Below, in pieces: positions 56,279 to 64,000 of a stretch of DNA of 64,000 nt; within the stretch, counting starts at the first letter, position 1; every line of letters begins with the position of its first letter. Location: contig DASTHW010000014.1 in assembly GCA_035717985.1 (NCBI GenBank), forward strand, positions 145,691 to 209,690. The letters run 5' to 3'. The position numbers were made by a program, and so were the translations under genes. The stretch is from Candidatus Saccharimonadales bacterium. GTDB taxonomy: Bacteria > Patescibacteriota > Saccharimonadia > Saccharimonadales > UBA10212. The notes under the pieces were generated by a model that saw nothing but the letters and a program-made list of their open reading frames with translations, was not told the DNA's origin and made no database searches.

Positions 56279-57490
56279 ATGGACTATCAACCGCCGGAAA
56301 AAACCTTGGAGAAATATGCTCAGGTGTTGGTTAACTTCGCACTAGGCGGCGGCACGGGCATTAAAGAGGGCGACGTGGTTTATCTGCAGGGTCCCACCTC
56401 GGCCTTGCCGTTTTATAATGCTCTATCAAAGGTTTTGATTAATTCTGGCGCGATGACTATCGGCGGTCTGGGCGACGATATGCATGGCATGGGCAAGTAC
56501 TATTATGACCACGCCAGCCCCAAGCAGTTGACTACTTTCCTGGATAAATATTATCGGGGCTTGGTAGATCAGACCGATCACCGCATTGCCATAATTGCCG
56601 ACCATGACGTGCACGAGCTAGACGGTGTGGACCCAAAGAAAATGATGACTCGCCAAAAAACGGCTAAGCCGGTTTCAGACTGGTTTAACGCCAAAGAAAA
56701 CGCCGGCAAATATACCTGGACGCTGGCCCTTTACGGCACCCCCAGCATGGCCAAAGAAGCCGGTCTGTCGCTAAAAGCTTATTGGGATCAAATCATCAAG
56801 GCCTGCTACCTGGATAAACCTGATCCGATAGCCGAGTGGAAAAAGACCTCCGCCGAGATTGAGCGGGTAGCGGCTAAGCTGACTAAAATGCAGATAGCTA
56901 AACTGCATATCCACGGTAAAGATATAGACATGCATTACACCTTGGGCAAAAAGCGTAAATGGCTGGGCGGTAGCGGCCGCAATATCCCTAGTTTTGAAGT
57001 GTTTACTTCTCCGGATTGGCGGGGTACAGAGGGCTGGGTGCGCTTTAACCAGCCGTTATATTACTACGGTCCTAAGGTTCAAGATATTGAGTTGACCTTT
57101 AAAGCCGGCCGAGTGGTTAAAGCCACCGCCAGCAAAAATCAGAAATTACTGCGGGAAATGCTGGCGACAGATACCGGCGCCAGCCAAATTGGTGAAATTT
57201 CGCTGACCGACCGGCGCCTAAGTCACATAACCAAATTCATGGCCGAGACCCTTTTTGACGAAAATATGGGCGGTCCCTACGGCAACACCCACCTAGCTGT
57301 CGGCAAATCCTACCATGATACCTATAACGGCGACACCAGTAAGATGACGCCAGCTCTATCTAAAAAGCTTGGTTATAACGAATCGGCTATCCACGTAGAT
57401 ATGATTTCGACTACCGACCGCACGGCTACGGCGACTTTAGCCGACGGCTCCGAAAAAGTGATTTATAAAAAAGGCCAATTTACGGTTTGA
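56279..57490 (+). CDS. M29-family aminopeptidase (AmpS/PepS-like)
   Basis: 403 aa. The N-terminus (LEKYAQVLVNFALGGGTGIKEGDVVYL) and C-terminal metal-site region (HLAVGKSY, AIHVDMI) fit the M29 family. Confidence 0.85.
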   Translation: MDYQPPEKTLEKYAQVLVNFALGGGTGIKEGDVVYLQGPTSALPFYNALSKVLINSGAMTIGGLGDDMHGMGKYYYDHASPKQLTTFLDKYYRGLVDQTDHRIAIIADHDVHELDGVDPKKMMTRQKTAKPVSDWFNAKENAGKYTWTLALYGTPSMAKEAGLSLKAYWDQIIKACYLDKPDPIAEWKKTSAEIERVAAKLTKMQIAKLHIHGKDIDMHYTLGKKRKWLGGSGRNIPSFEVFTSPDWRGTEGWVRFNQPLYYYGPKVQDIELTFKAGRVVKATASKNQKLLREMLATDTGASQIGEISLTDRRLSHITKFMAETLFDENMGGPYGNTHLAVGKSYHDTYNGDTSKMTPALSKKLGYNESAIHVDMISTTDRTATATLADGSEKVIYKKGQFTV

Positions 57491-57787
57491 AAGACAACCT
57501 ATCGGTTTTCCTTCAACGCTCAGTCGGCAAAGCCGACCCTTACGCGCAAGCCGAGCTGGTACCTTTCCCTTGAATTAGAATAGTGCTGTTGTAATATAAT
57601 CTTCGCATTGACTGGGGTGGCTTTGCCATGGTAATCTGTTGACAGTACTTAAGATTCTTATACGTCTCTGGTATTTCAGCAAGTCTAGCCTAACAGGGGT
57701 AGAAACTGCTAAAGCCAGAGGTTTTTAGAGTCAGTATCAAAAAATTATCAATGAGTTTGAGTAGATTAATCATTAACCTAAGGAGCG

Positions 57788-58402
57788 ATGAAAGCTTTAA
57801 TCACCAGAAAAATCGGCATGACCAGCGTGATCGGCGACGATGGCACGGCGGTGCCTATTACCCTGCTTTCAGCCTCTCCCAATACGGTTACAAAGGTCAA
57901 ATCTAACGAGTCTGACGGTTATTCGGCCGTCCAGCTCGGTTTTGAAGAAGATAAAAAGGCCGGCAAGACCAAACAAGGTATCTTTAAGCCGGCCGGCGTT
58001 ATGCCCAAGATTATTCGTGAATTCCGCCTCAAGGATGACGATAGCGAGATAAACGTCGGCGAAAAACTTTCCGCCGACGTTTTTAATATCGGCGAGCTGG
58101 TAGATGTATCCGGCCTTAGTAAGGGCAAGGGCTGGGCCGGCACAATTAAGCGGCACAACTTTCACCGCGGCCGCAAGACCCACGGCGGCCAAAGCTACCG
58201 CCGGCCGGGCTCAATCGGCTCAATGTATCCTCAACACATTTTAAAGGGTAAGAAAATGGCCGGCCGCATGGGCCACGAGCGGGTTACCACTAAGCGTCTG
58301 CGGGTTGAACTGGTTGATACGGATTTAAATGTTATCGGGGTGCGCGGCGCTGTGCCGGGCCCGCGCAAAGGCATAGTTATGATCAGGGAGGCTAAGTCAT
58401 GA
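57788..58402 (+). CDS. rplC: 50S ribosomal protein L3
   Basis: MKALITRKIGMTSV...KGKGWAGTIKRHNF. An AAGGAG SD is present. Confidence 0.96.
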   Translation: MKALITRKIGMTSVIGDDGTAVPITLLSASPNTVTKVKSNESDGYSAVQLGFEEDKKAGKTKQGIFKPAGVMPKIIREFRLKDDDSEINVGEKLSADVFNIGELVDVSGLSKGKGWAGTIKRHNFHRGRKTHGGQSYRRPGSIGSMYPQHILKGKKMAGRMGHERVTTKRLRVELVDTDLNVIGVRGAVPGPRKGIVMIREAKS

Positions 58403-58432
58403 GTTCTCTGCAGTTCAGGGAAAAGACAGCCC

Positions 58433-58502
58433 GACAAAATGTATTCCATTTTGCCGGCGCGATAGAAAAAACCGGGGCCCCCGCAAAATGCATTTTGTGG
58501 GG
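58433..58502 (+). other. two related hairpins in the unusual rplC-rplD spacer
   Basis: CAAAATG-tattc-CATTTTG lies at 58435-58453 and CCCCGCAAAA-tgca-TTTTGTGGGG at 58479-58502. GGGG at 58474-58477 could compete for the CCCC arm. Confidence 0.35.
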
Positions 58503-58547
58503 TGATAGTACCGTAGGTTTGTCCTATAAGCCCGGAGGGCGCAGTTA

Positions 58548-59216
58548 ATGGCTGTCGCTACCTATACCAAGAGTGGCGCTAAGGCCGCTACACCGGCCAA
58601 GCTGGATAAGGCCGTTTTTGGCGTCGAGGTGAAAAACCACGAACTGCTAAAGCAGGCTTATCAGACATATCTTGCCAACGGCCGGCCAAATCTGGCCAAA
58701 ACCAAGCGCCGCGGCGAGGTCCGCGGCGGCGGTGCTAAGCCGTGGCGCCAAAAAGGTACCGGCCGGGCCCGTTTTGGTTCCAGCCGAAACCCGATTTGGA
58801 CCGGCGGCGGCGTGGCTTTTGGACCAACCGGTAAAGAAAATTATTCTAAGAAACTTAACGTCAGTGCTAAGCGGGCGGCTATTCGCCAGGCCCTATCTTT
58901 AGCGGCTAGCGAAGACCGGATTAAAGTGATTGACAGTTTTACCACTCTTGAAGGCAAAACTAAAGATATGGCCGCTTTTTTAAAGAAAATTGATGCCGCC
59001 GGCCGGATTTTACTGGTCAGCGACCAAAGAAACCCGTCTAAAGAACTAGCTGTCAGAAATCTGCAAGACGTAAAGCCAGTCTCGGCCGTTTACCTAAACG
59101 TTTATGACATCTTAAATGCCGACGTAGTGGTAATCAGTGCTAAAGCCCTCGAATCAATCTCGGGCTGGCTAGGTTCGGCTAAGCCTAAGGCTAAAAAGGA
59201 GACGGCCAATGTCTAA
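58548..59216 (+). CDS. rplD: 50S ribosomal protein L4
   Basis: [35 protein letters not shown]. Confidence 0.96.
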   Translation: MAVATYTKSGAKAATPAKLDKAVFGVEVKNHELLKQAYQTYLANGRPNLAKTKRRGEVRGGGAKPWRQKGTGRARFGSSRNPIWTGGGVAFGPTGKENYSKKLNVSAKRAAIRQALSLAASEDRIKVIDSFTTLEGKTKDMAAFLKKIDAAGRILLVSDQRNPSKELAVRNLQDVKPVSAVYLNVYDILNADVVVISAKALESISGWLGSAKPKAKKETANV

Positions 59217-59544
59217 ATCTGCCGCTCTTAAGCCTAAAATCAGCGAAAAAAGCTACGGGCTCGCTGAAACTGCCAATACCTACGTTTTTGCCGTAGATAA
59301 GACCGTCAACAAGCATGATTTGGCCCGCTCGGTAGCCGCTCAGTATGAGGTGACGGTTATGCGTGTACGGATTGCCGGTACGGCCGGCAAAACCCGGCGC
59401 AGTGTCCGCGGCCGCGGCCGAAACATTTTCAGAGGCCAAACCTCTCCTGTCCGCAAGGCCTACGTCACTCTTAAAGAAGGCGACAAATTGCCAATCTTCT
59501 CGGCCGTAGAGGAACCAGCTAAGCCCGACAAGGATAAAAAGTAG
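59209..59544 (+). CDS. rplW: 50S ribosomal protein L23
   Basis: YVFAVDKTVNKHDLARSVAAQYEVTV. It overlaps rplD by 8 nt. Confidence 0.93.
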   Translation: MSKSAALKPKISEKSYGLAETANTYVFAVDKTVNKHDLARSVAAQYEVTVMRVRIAGTAGKTRRSVRGRGRNIFRGQTSPVRKAYVTLKEGDKLPIFSAVEEPAKPDKDKK

Positions 59545-59546
59545 AT

Positions 59547-60383
59547 ATGGCTATTCGTCAGTATAAACCGGTTACCCCAGCCCAGCGCGGCATGAGCACG
59601 CAGGATTTTGATGCAATTACCGCCAAAAAGCCGCTTAAAAAGCTAACTGTGATTAAAAAAGGCGCGGTTGGCCGTAATAACCAGGGCCGGATTACGACCC
59701 GCCACCGTGGCGGCGGCGCTAGACGCTATTACCGCTTGGTTAACTTCAAGCTGTCCGGCGAGCTCTCCGGCACGATTGAGCAAATTGAGTACGACCCCAA
59801 CCGCAGTGCCCGCATTGCCCGGGTTAAGGACGATCAGGGTAATTATCACTATGTCTTAGCGGCCAAGGGTATGAAGCCTGGCAGTAAGTTCAAGGTCGGC
59901 GAAGAGACGTCTATCGAACAGGGCAACCGCTTACCGCTTAAAAATATTCCATCCGGCACGCTTATCCATGCTATTGAGCTTCAGCCCGGTCGGGGCGCCC
60001 AGCTAGTCAGATCTGCTGGCGCTAGCGCTCAGTTAGTAGCTAAAGAGGAAGATTATGCCCAAGTCAGACTGCCTAGCGGCGAAGTCCGGCTGATTAATGT
60101 CAACAGCTATGCCACAATCGGCACTTTAGGTAACGAACAGCACCAAAACGTGCAGATTGGTAAGGCCGGCCGCAAGCGCCACATGGGCATTAGGCCAACT
60201 GTCCGCGGTGTGGTTATGGCCGCGGCCGATCACCCGCACGGCGGTGGTGACGGCGGCCGGCACGGCACGGCTAAAGATCCACGTACGCCCTGGGGCCAAA
60301 AGACCTTAGGCTATAAGACCCGCCGCCGCAAAGTCAGTACTAAATTTATTGTCCGCACCCGACACCAAGGAAAGAGAGGTTAA
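59547..60383 (+). CDS. rplB: 50S ribosomal protein L2
   Basis: GRNNQGRITTRHRGGG...DHPHGGGDG. Confidence 0.97.
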   Translation: MAIRQYKPVTPAQRGMSTQDFDAITAKKPLKKLTVIKKGAVGRNNQGRITTRHRGGGARRYYRLVNFKLSGELSGTIEQIEYDPNRSARIARVKDDQGNYHYVLAAKGMKPGSKFKVGEETSIEQGNRLPLKNIPSGTLIHAIELQPGRGAQLVRSAGASAQLVAKEEDYAQVRLPSGEVRLINVNSYATIGTLGNEQHQNVQIGKAGRKRHMGIRPTVRGVVMAAADHPHGGGDGGRHGTAKDPRTPWGQKTLGYKTRRRKVSTKFIVRTRHQGKRG

Positions 60384-60662
60384 ATGAGCCGTAGCCTTAA
60401 AAAAGGACCTTTTGTAGACCCGAAGCTAGCTAAGAAAGTAGCCGCACTGGGGCCGGAAGACCGCACGGTTATCCGTACCTGGGCCCGGGCTAGCACCATT
60501 GCGCCGGAGTTTGTTGGCCGGACTATCGCTGTCCATAACGGCAAGGTGCACGTGCCGGTATTTATCACTGAGAATATGGTCGGTCACAAGCTGGGCGAAT
60601 TTGCGCCCACCCGTAAATTCCGCGGGCACGGCGGTAAATTAGCTAAGGCCCAGGGTGCTTAA
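60384..60662 (+). CDS. rpsS: 30S ribosomal protein S19
   Basis: [15 protein letters not shown]...[24 protein letters not shown]. Confidence 0.96.
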   Translation: MSRSLKKGPFVDPKLAKKVAALGPEDRTVIRTWARASTIAPEFVGRTIAVHNGKVHVPVFITENMVGHKLGEFAPTRKFRGHGGKLAKAQGA

Positions 60663-60674
60663 AAGGATCAAATC

Positions 60675-61058
60675 ATGCCAGTAACTGCTAAAAACCAGAG
60701 AGTCAGAATCGCCCCTAGAAAAGTGGCGATAGTGGCTGATTTGGTACGCGGCCGGACAGTATCCGACGCCTTGGTTATTTTAGAGCACACTCCCCGGCGC
60801 TCGGCCCGTGAGGTAGCTAATACGGTTAAAAGCGCTAAAGCCAACGCTGAGCACAACCATAGCTATAAACCCGATTCACTGATTATCACTGAAATCACCG
60901 TTATGCCTGGTCCGCGTCTTAAGCGCTGGCGGCCGGCGGCCCGCGGCCGGGCTCTGCGTTTCGCCCGGAAGACCAGCCACATAAGAGTTGTAGTCGACGG
61001 CGAAAAGCGAGTCGCTAAGAAAACGCCTGAAAAAACTACTGAAAAGGAGACTGCCTGA
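60675..61058 (+). CDS. rplV: 50S ribosomal protein L22
   Basis: IAPRKVAIVADLVRGRTVSDALVILEHTPR. Confidence 0.95.
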   Translation: MPVTAKNQRVRIAPRKVAIVADLVRGRTVSDALVILEHTPRRSAREVANTVKSAKANAEHNHSYKPDSLIITEITVMPGPRLKRWRPAARGRALRFARKTSHIRVVVDGEKRVAKKTPEKTTEKETA

Positions 61059-61690
61059 TGGGCCAAAAAGTAAACCCAATTTCCATGCGTCTGCAAGTCA
61101 ACAAAGACTGGCGGAGTAAGTGGTTTGTCGGTAAGCGCGAATATGCTGACTATTTAAAGCAAGATCTAGCGGCCCGCAAGCTGATTGAGCGCAAACTTGG
61201 TAGCCGGGCGGCAGTCAGCAAAGTGGATATTGAACGCTCGCCTAACCTAGTGACCGTTACTATTCAAACCGCTAAGGCTGGCGTTGTTATCGGCCGCGGC
61301 GGTTCTGGTGCTACTGAACTTAAAAATGAAATCGAAAAACTTTACGGCGTGCCGGTAAGAGTTAATATCGAGGAAATCAAGCGGCCTGAACTGCAGGCCA
61401 AACTAGTCGCCGAGAATATTGCCCACCAGCTAGAGCGTCGCATTGCCTTCCGCCGGGCTATAAAGTCATCCGCCGCCGCTACTATGCGGGCCGGCGCCAA
61501 AGGCGTGCGTATTGAAGTATCCGGCCGCCTGGGCGGTAACGAGATGAGCCGCCGCGAAAAAGAAGTCCAAGGTAGCGTGCCCCTGCAGACCCTGAGGGCC
61601 GACGTTGATTATGCCTCTGCCCGGGCACTTTACCCCGGTGCCGGCGTCATTGGTGTTAAGGTTTGGATTTATAGAGGGGAGAGTGTCTAA
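61058..61690 (+). CDS. rpsC: 30S ribosomal protein S3
   Basis: [23 protein letters not shown], with a KH domain. Confidence 0.96.
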   Translation: MGQKVNPISMRLQVNKDWRSKWFVGKREYADYLKQDLAARKLIERKLGSRAAVSKVDIERSPNLVTVTIQTAKAGVVIGRGGSGATELKNEIEKLYGVPVRVNIEEIKRPELQAKLVAENIAHQLERRIAFRRAIKSSAAATMRAGAKGVRIEVSGRLGGNEMSRREKEVQGSVPLQTLRADVDYASARALYPGAGVIGVKVWIYRGESV

Positions 61691-62106
61691 TGTTAATGCC
61701 TTCCCGAACTAAATATCGCAAAGTCCGAAAGGGTCGCATTCATGGTGGTACGGCCACGGTCTTAACCACTATTGCTTACGGCCGCTATGGGTTAATTAGC
61801 CTCGACAGCGAGCGGATAACCAGCCGCCAGATAGAGGCCGCCCGCCAGGCCATGACCCGCTATGTTAAACGCGGCGGCCAGATATGGATTAGAGTTTTTC
61901 CGCACACGCCGGTTACCCGCAAGCCCCAAGACGTCAAAATGGGTAGCGGCAAAGGAAATCCTGAGTTTTTTGTGGCTAAAATCAAGCCCGGAACAGTGAT
62001 GTTTGAGATGGACGGCGTACCGGAGGAGACCGCCCGCGAGGCCATGCGCCTAGCCGGCCACAAACTGCCGGTTAAAACTGCTTTCACCATCAAGGAGGAA
62101 GTATGA
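61690..62106 (+). CDS. rplP: 50S ribosomal protein L16
   Basis: [19 protein letters not shown]. Confidence 0.96.
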   Translation: MLMPSRTKYRKVRKGRIHGGTATVLTTIAYGRYGLISLDSERITSRQIEAARQAMTRYVKRGGQIWIRVFPHTPVTRKPQDVKMGSGKGNPEFFVAKIKPGTVMFEMDGVPEETAREAMRLAGHKLPVKTAFTIKEEV

Positions 62107-62303
62107 AACTAGCCGATATCCGTAAAATGTCCACTGCCGAACTGACGTCGGAGAGCAATAAACTGCGGGATGAAATCGTTGAACTGCGCCGACGGTTATA
62201 TAGCGGCGAAGTCCAGAATGTCCGACTTTTGCGCCACAAGCGCAAGGATTTGGCCCGTGTTTTAACAGTGCTAGGTGAGCAATTGTCTAGGGAGAAAATA
62301 TAA
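62103..62303 (+). CDS. rpmC: 50S ribosomal protein L29
   Basis: [27 protein letters not shown]. Confidence 0.93.
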   Translation: MKLADIRKMSTAELTSESNKLRDEIVELRRRLYSGEVQNVRLLRHKRKDLARVLTVLGEQLSREKI

Positions 62304-62680
62304 TGAAGACTATTACCGGCCGAGTGACTAGCGACAAAGGCGATAAGACCATCGTCATTACCTTTACAGAGCGCAAGACGCATCCGGTCTATAAGAAACA
62401 GTATAGCGTCAACACCAAGTTTATGGCTCATGACGAGAAAAATGAAGCCAAAGTTGGCGATACCGTGATGATTGCTGAAAGTCGGCCGTACAGCGCCCGT
62501 AAGCGGTTCGTACTGGCAAAAATTGTAGAGCGCGGCGGCGTGCATTTTGAAGAGACCGATGCCACGGCTGATATCCCCCAGGAAGAACCAGCGCCAGAAG
62601 TTAAAGAGCCAAAGGCTAAGAAACCCACCCCCGCCAAAAAGGCTAAGACCGATAAACCGGCCAAGGAAGACGAGCAATGA
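62303..62680 (+). CDS. rpsQ: 30S ribosomal protein S17 with K/P/A/E-rich C-terminal extension
   Basis: [31 protein letters not shown] core plus a ~45-aa tail. Confidence 0.94.
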   Translation: MKTITGRVTSDKGDKTIVITFTERKTHPVYKKQYSVNTKFMAHDEKNEAKVGDTVMIAESRPYSARKRFVLAKIVERGGVHFEETDATADIPQEEPAPEVKEPKAKKPTPAKKAKTDKPAKEDEQ

Positions 62681-63048
62681 TTCAACAGGAAAGCCGATTA
62701 ATTGCCACAGATAACAGCGGTGCCCGCCAACTGCTTTGTATTAGAGTACTGGGCGGTTCCGGCCGGCGTTATGCCCGGGTGGGAGACATTATCGTAGCTA
62801 GCGTCAAAACAGCTAATCCAGCCGGCGGCGTAAAGCGTAAAAGTATTGTTAAGGCAGTGGTGGTGCGCACCCGTAATCCTATACGCCGCTCAGATGGCTC
62901 GTCTATCAAATTCGACGATAATGCCGCCGTCCTGCTGGCAGAAGATAATAAATCGCCGCGCGGTACGCGTATTTTTGGGCCAGTGCCCAGAGAACTGCGT
63001 GAAAAGGGCTATAGCCGCATAATTTCACTTGCTCCGGAGGTTCTATAA
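62677..63048 (+). CDS. rplN: 50S ribosomal protein L14
   Basis: [28 protein letters not shown]. Confidence 0.96.
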   Translation: MIQQESRLIATDNSGARQLLCIRVLGGSGRRYARVGDIIVASVKTANPAGGVKRKSIVKAVVVRTRNPIRRSDGSSIKFDDNAAVLLAEDNKSPRGTRIFGPVPRELREKGYSRIISLAPEVL

Positions 63049-63381
63049 ATGAATCAGCCAGTTTACAAAATTAGGCTCAAAAAGGGCGACACCGTTATGG
63101 TCCGCTCTGGCAAATATAAAGGTAAAACCGGCAAAATTTTGGCGGTTCACCCTAGCCTAAACAAAGTTACAGTTGAAGGCATTAATGTGGTCAAGCGCCA
63201 CCTTAAGCCAACGCAAACTCGCCCGCAGGGTGGCATTAAAGAGCTGACTAAGCCAATTTGGGTCAGCAAAGTCGGGCTTTTAGACAATTCGGCCAAGAAG
63301 CCGTCGCGCGTTGGCTTTAAATTTGACGCCAAAGGCAATAAGACAAGAGTTCTTAAAACTTCCGGCAAGGAGGTCAAGTAA
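63049..63381 (+). CDS. rplX: 50S ribosomal protein L24
   Basis: KKGDTVMVRSGKYKGKTGKILAV (KOW motif). Confidence 0.95.
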   Translation: MNQPVYKIRLKKGDTVMVRSGKYKGKTGKILAVHPSLNKVTVEGINVVKRHLKPTQTRPQGGIKELTKPIWVSKVGLLDNSAKKPSRVGFKFDAKGNKTRVLKTSGKEVK

Positions 63382-63382
63382 A

Positions 63383-63973
63383 ATGGCTAACACTACCGCT
63401 GAAAAGAAAGCTAAATCGATGTACCAGCCCCGGCTAAAACAGCTCTACCGAGAGAAAATTACCAAAGAACTGCTTAGTGAGTTAAAACTTGACAATATTA
63501 ATGAAGTGCCAAAGCTGGAAAAGATTGTCTTGAACGTGGGGCTGGGACGGGCCAAAGATGAAAAGCGCCTGCTGGATGTGGCCAGCAATACGCTACGAAA
63601 AATTACCGGCCAGCAGCCAATTCCGACAGTCGCTAAGAAGTCTATTGCCAGTTTTAAGCTGAGAGAAGGCAGTAATATAGGCCTAAAGCTGACACTACGC
63701 GGCGACCGTATGTATGAGTTTGCCGACCGGCTGATTAACATTGTTCTGCCGCGCCTGCGCGACTTTCACGGAGTCAGCGCTAAAGCCTTTGATAAATACG
63801 GTAATTATTCGCTGGGCTTCACTGACCAATCAGTTTTCCCGGAGCTAAGCTATGAAGACACAGCCACAAGCCACGGCCTGCAGGTAGTGCTAGTGATGAG
63901 AGTAAAAAAACCTGAGCATGCTAGGCCGCTGTTAGAGAAACTTGGCATGCCGTTTCAGAAAGGAGAAAGATAG
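63383..63973 (+). CDS. rplE: 50S ribosomal protein L5
   Basis: YQPRLKQLYREKITKELLSELKLDNINEVPKLEKIVLNVGLG. The start is ATG 63383, not the ORF-track 63311, which overlaps rplX. Confidence 0.95.
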   Translation: MANTTAEKKAKSMYQPRLKQLYREKITKELLSELKLDNINEVPKLEKIVLNVGLGRAKDEKRLLDVASNTLRKITGQQPIPTVAKKSIASFKLREGSNIGLKLTLRGDRMYEFADRLINIVLPRLRDFHGVSAKAFDKYGNYSLGFTDQSVFPELSYEDTATSHGLQVVLVMRVKKPEHARPLLEKLGMPFQKGER

Positions 63974-64000
63974 TGGCTAAAAAATCCATTTTGGCTAGAG
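63973..64000 (+). CDS. rpsN: 30S ribosomal protein S14, 5' fragment (runs off window)
   Basis: The GTG overlaps the rplE TAG (TAGTG). The translation VAKKSILAR fits the S14 N-terminus and the spc-operon order. Confidence 0.7.

Noticed and set aside
62090-62677. 195-aa minus-strand ORF
   Set aside because: It is antisense to rpmC and rpsQ, which are unambiguous ribosomal protein genes.
1-64000. CRISPR arrays, rRNA genes, transposases/integrases, prophage modules
   Set aside because: I saw no regularly spaced direct repeats, no rRNA-like sequence, and no ORF with recombinase or transposase motifs.

Overview
Gene-dense segment of about 50% GC from a small-genome bacterium. Gene content and style suggest Patescibacteria/CPR, possibly Saccharibacteria-like; this is inference from content, not a database hit. 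The window is mostly core informational genes. These are dnaE (3' part), rplS, rnhB-yraN, nusA, clpC, radA, a class A PBP, tyrS, murT-gatD, recG, rsmD, tRNA-Leu(UAG), hisS, tig, clpP, rpoB, rpoC, the str operon (rpsL, rpsG, fusA, tuf, rpsJ), and the S10/spc operon from rplC to rplE with the start of rpsN. I found no rRNA, CRISPR array, transposase or integrase. The main anomalies are as follows. (1) A roughly 0.6 kb cassette at 26146-26730 has strikingly high GC and GC3. It encodes a 4-TM protein, sits behind a native consensus promoter, and is probably a recent transfer from a high-GC (actinobacterial-type) donor. (2) The normally contiguous str operon is interrupted. Translationally coupled ORFan genes lie between rpsL/rpsG, rpsG/fusA and tuf/rpsJ. 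A 5-gene accessory block lies between fusA and tuf, and rpsJ is cut off from rplC by a terminator plus 3.1 kb. (3) An identical 30-nt block holding a perfect CIRCE operator lies upstream of clpC and clpP rather than chaperone genes; at clpP it is built into the promoter. (4) The TyrRS HIGH signature reads TVGN. (5) Many first-in-operon genes have a -10 box 6-11 nt before the start codon and no SD, which suggests leaderless mRNAs. Several small compositional islets, paralog pairs and unexplained structured intergenic regions are also listed.
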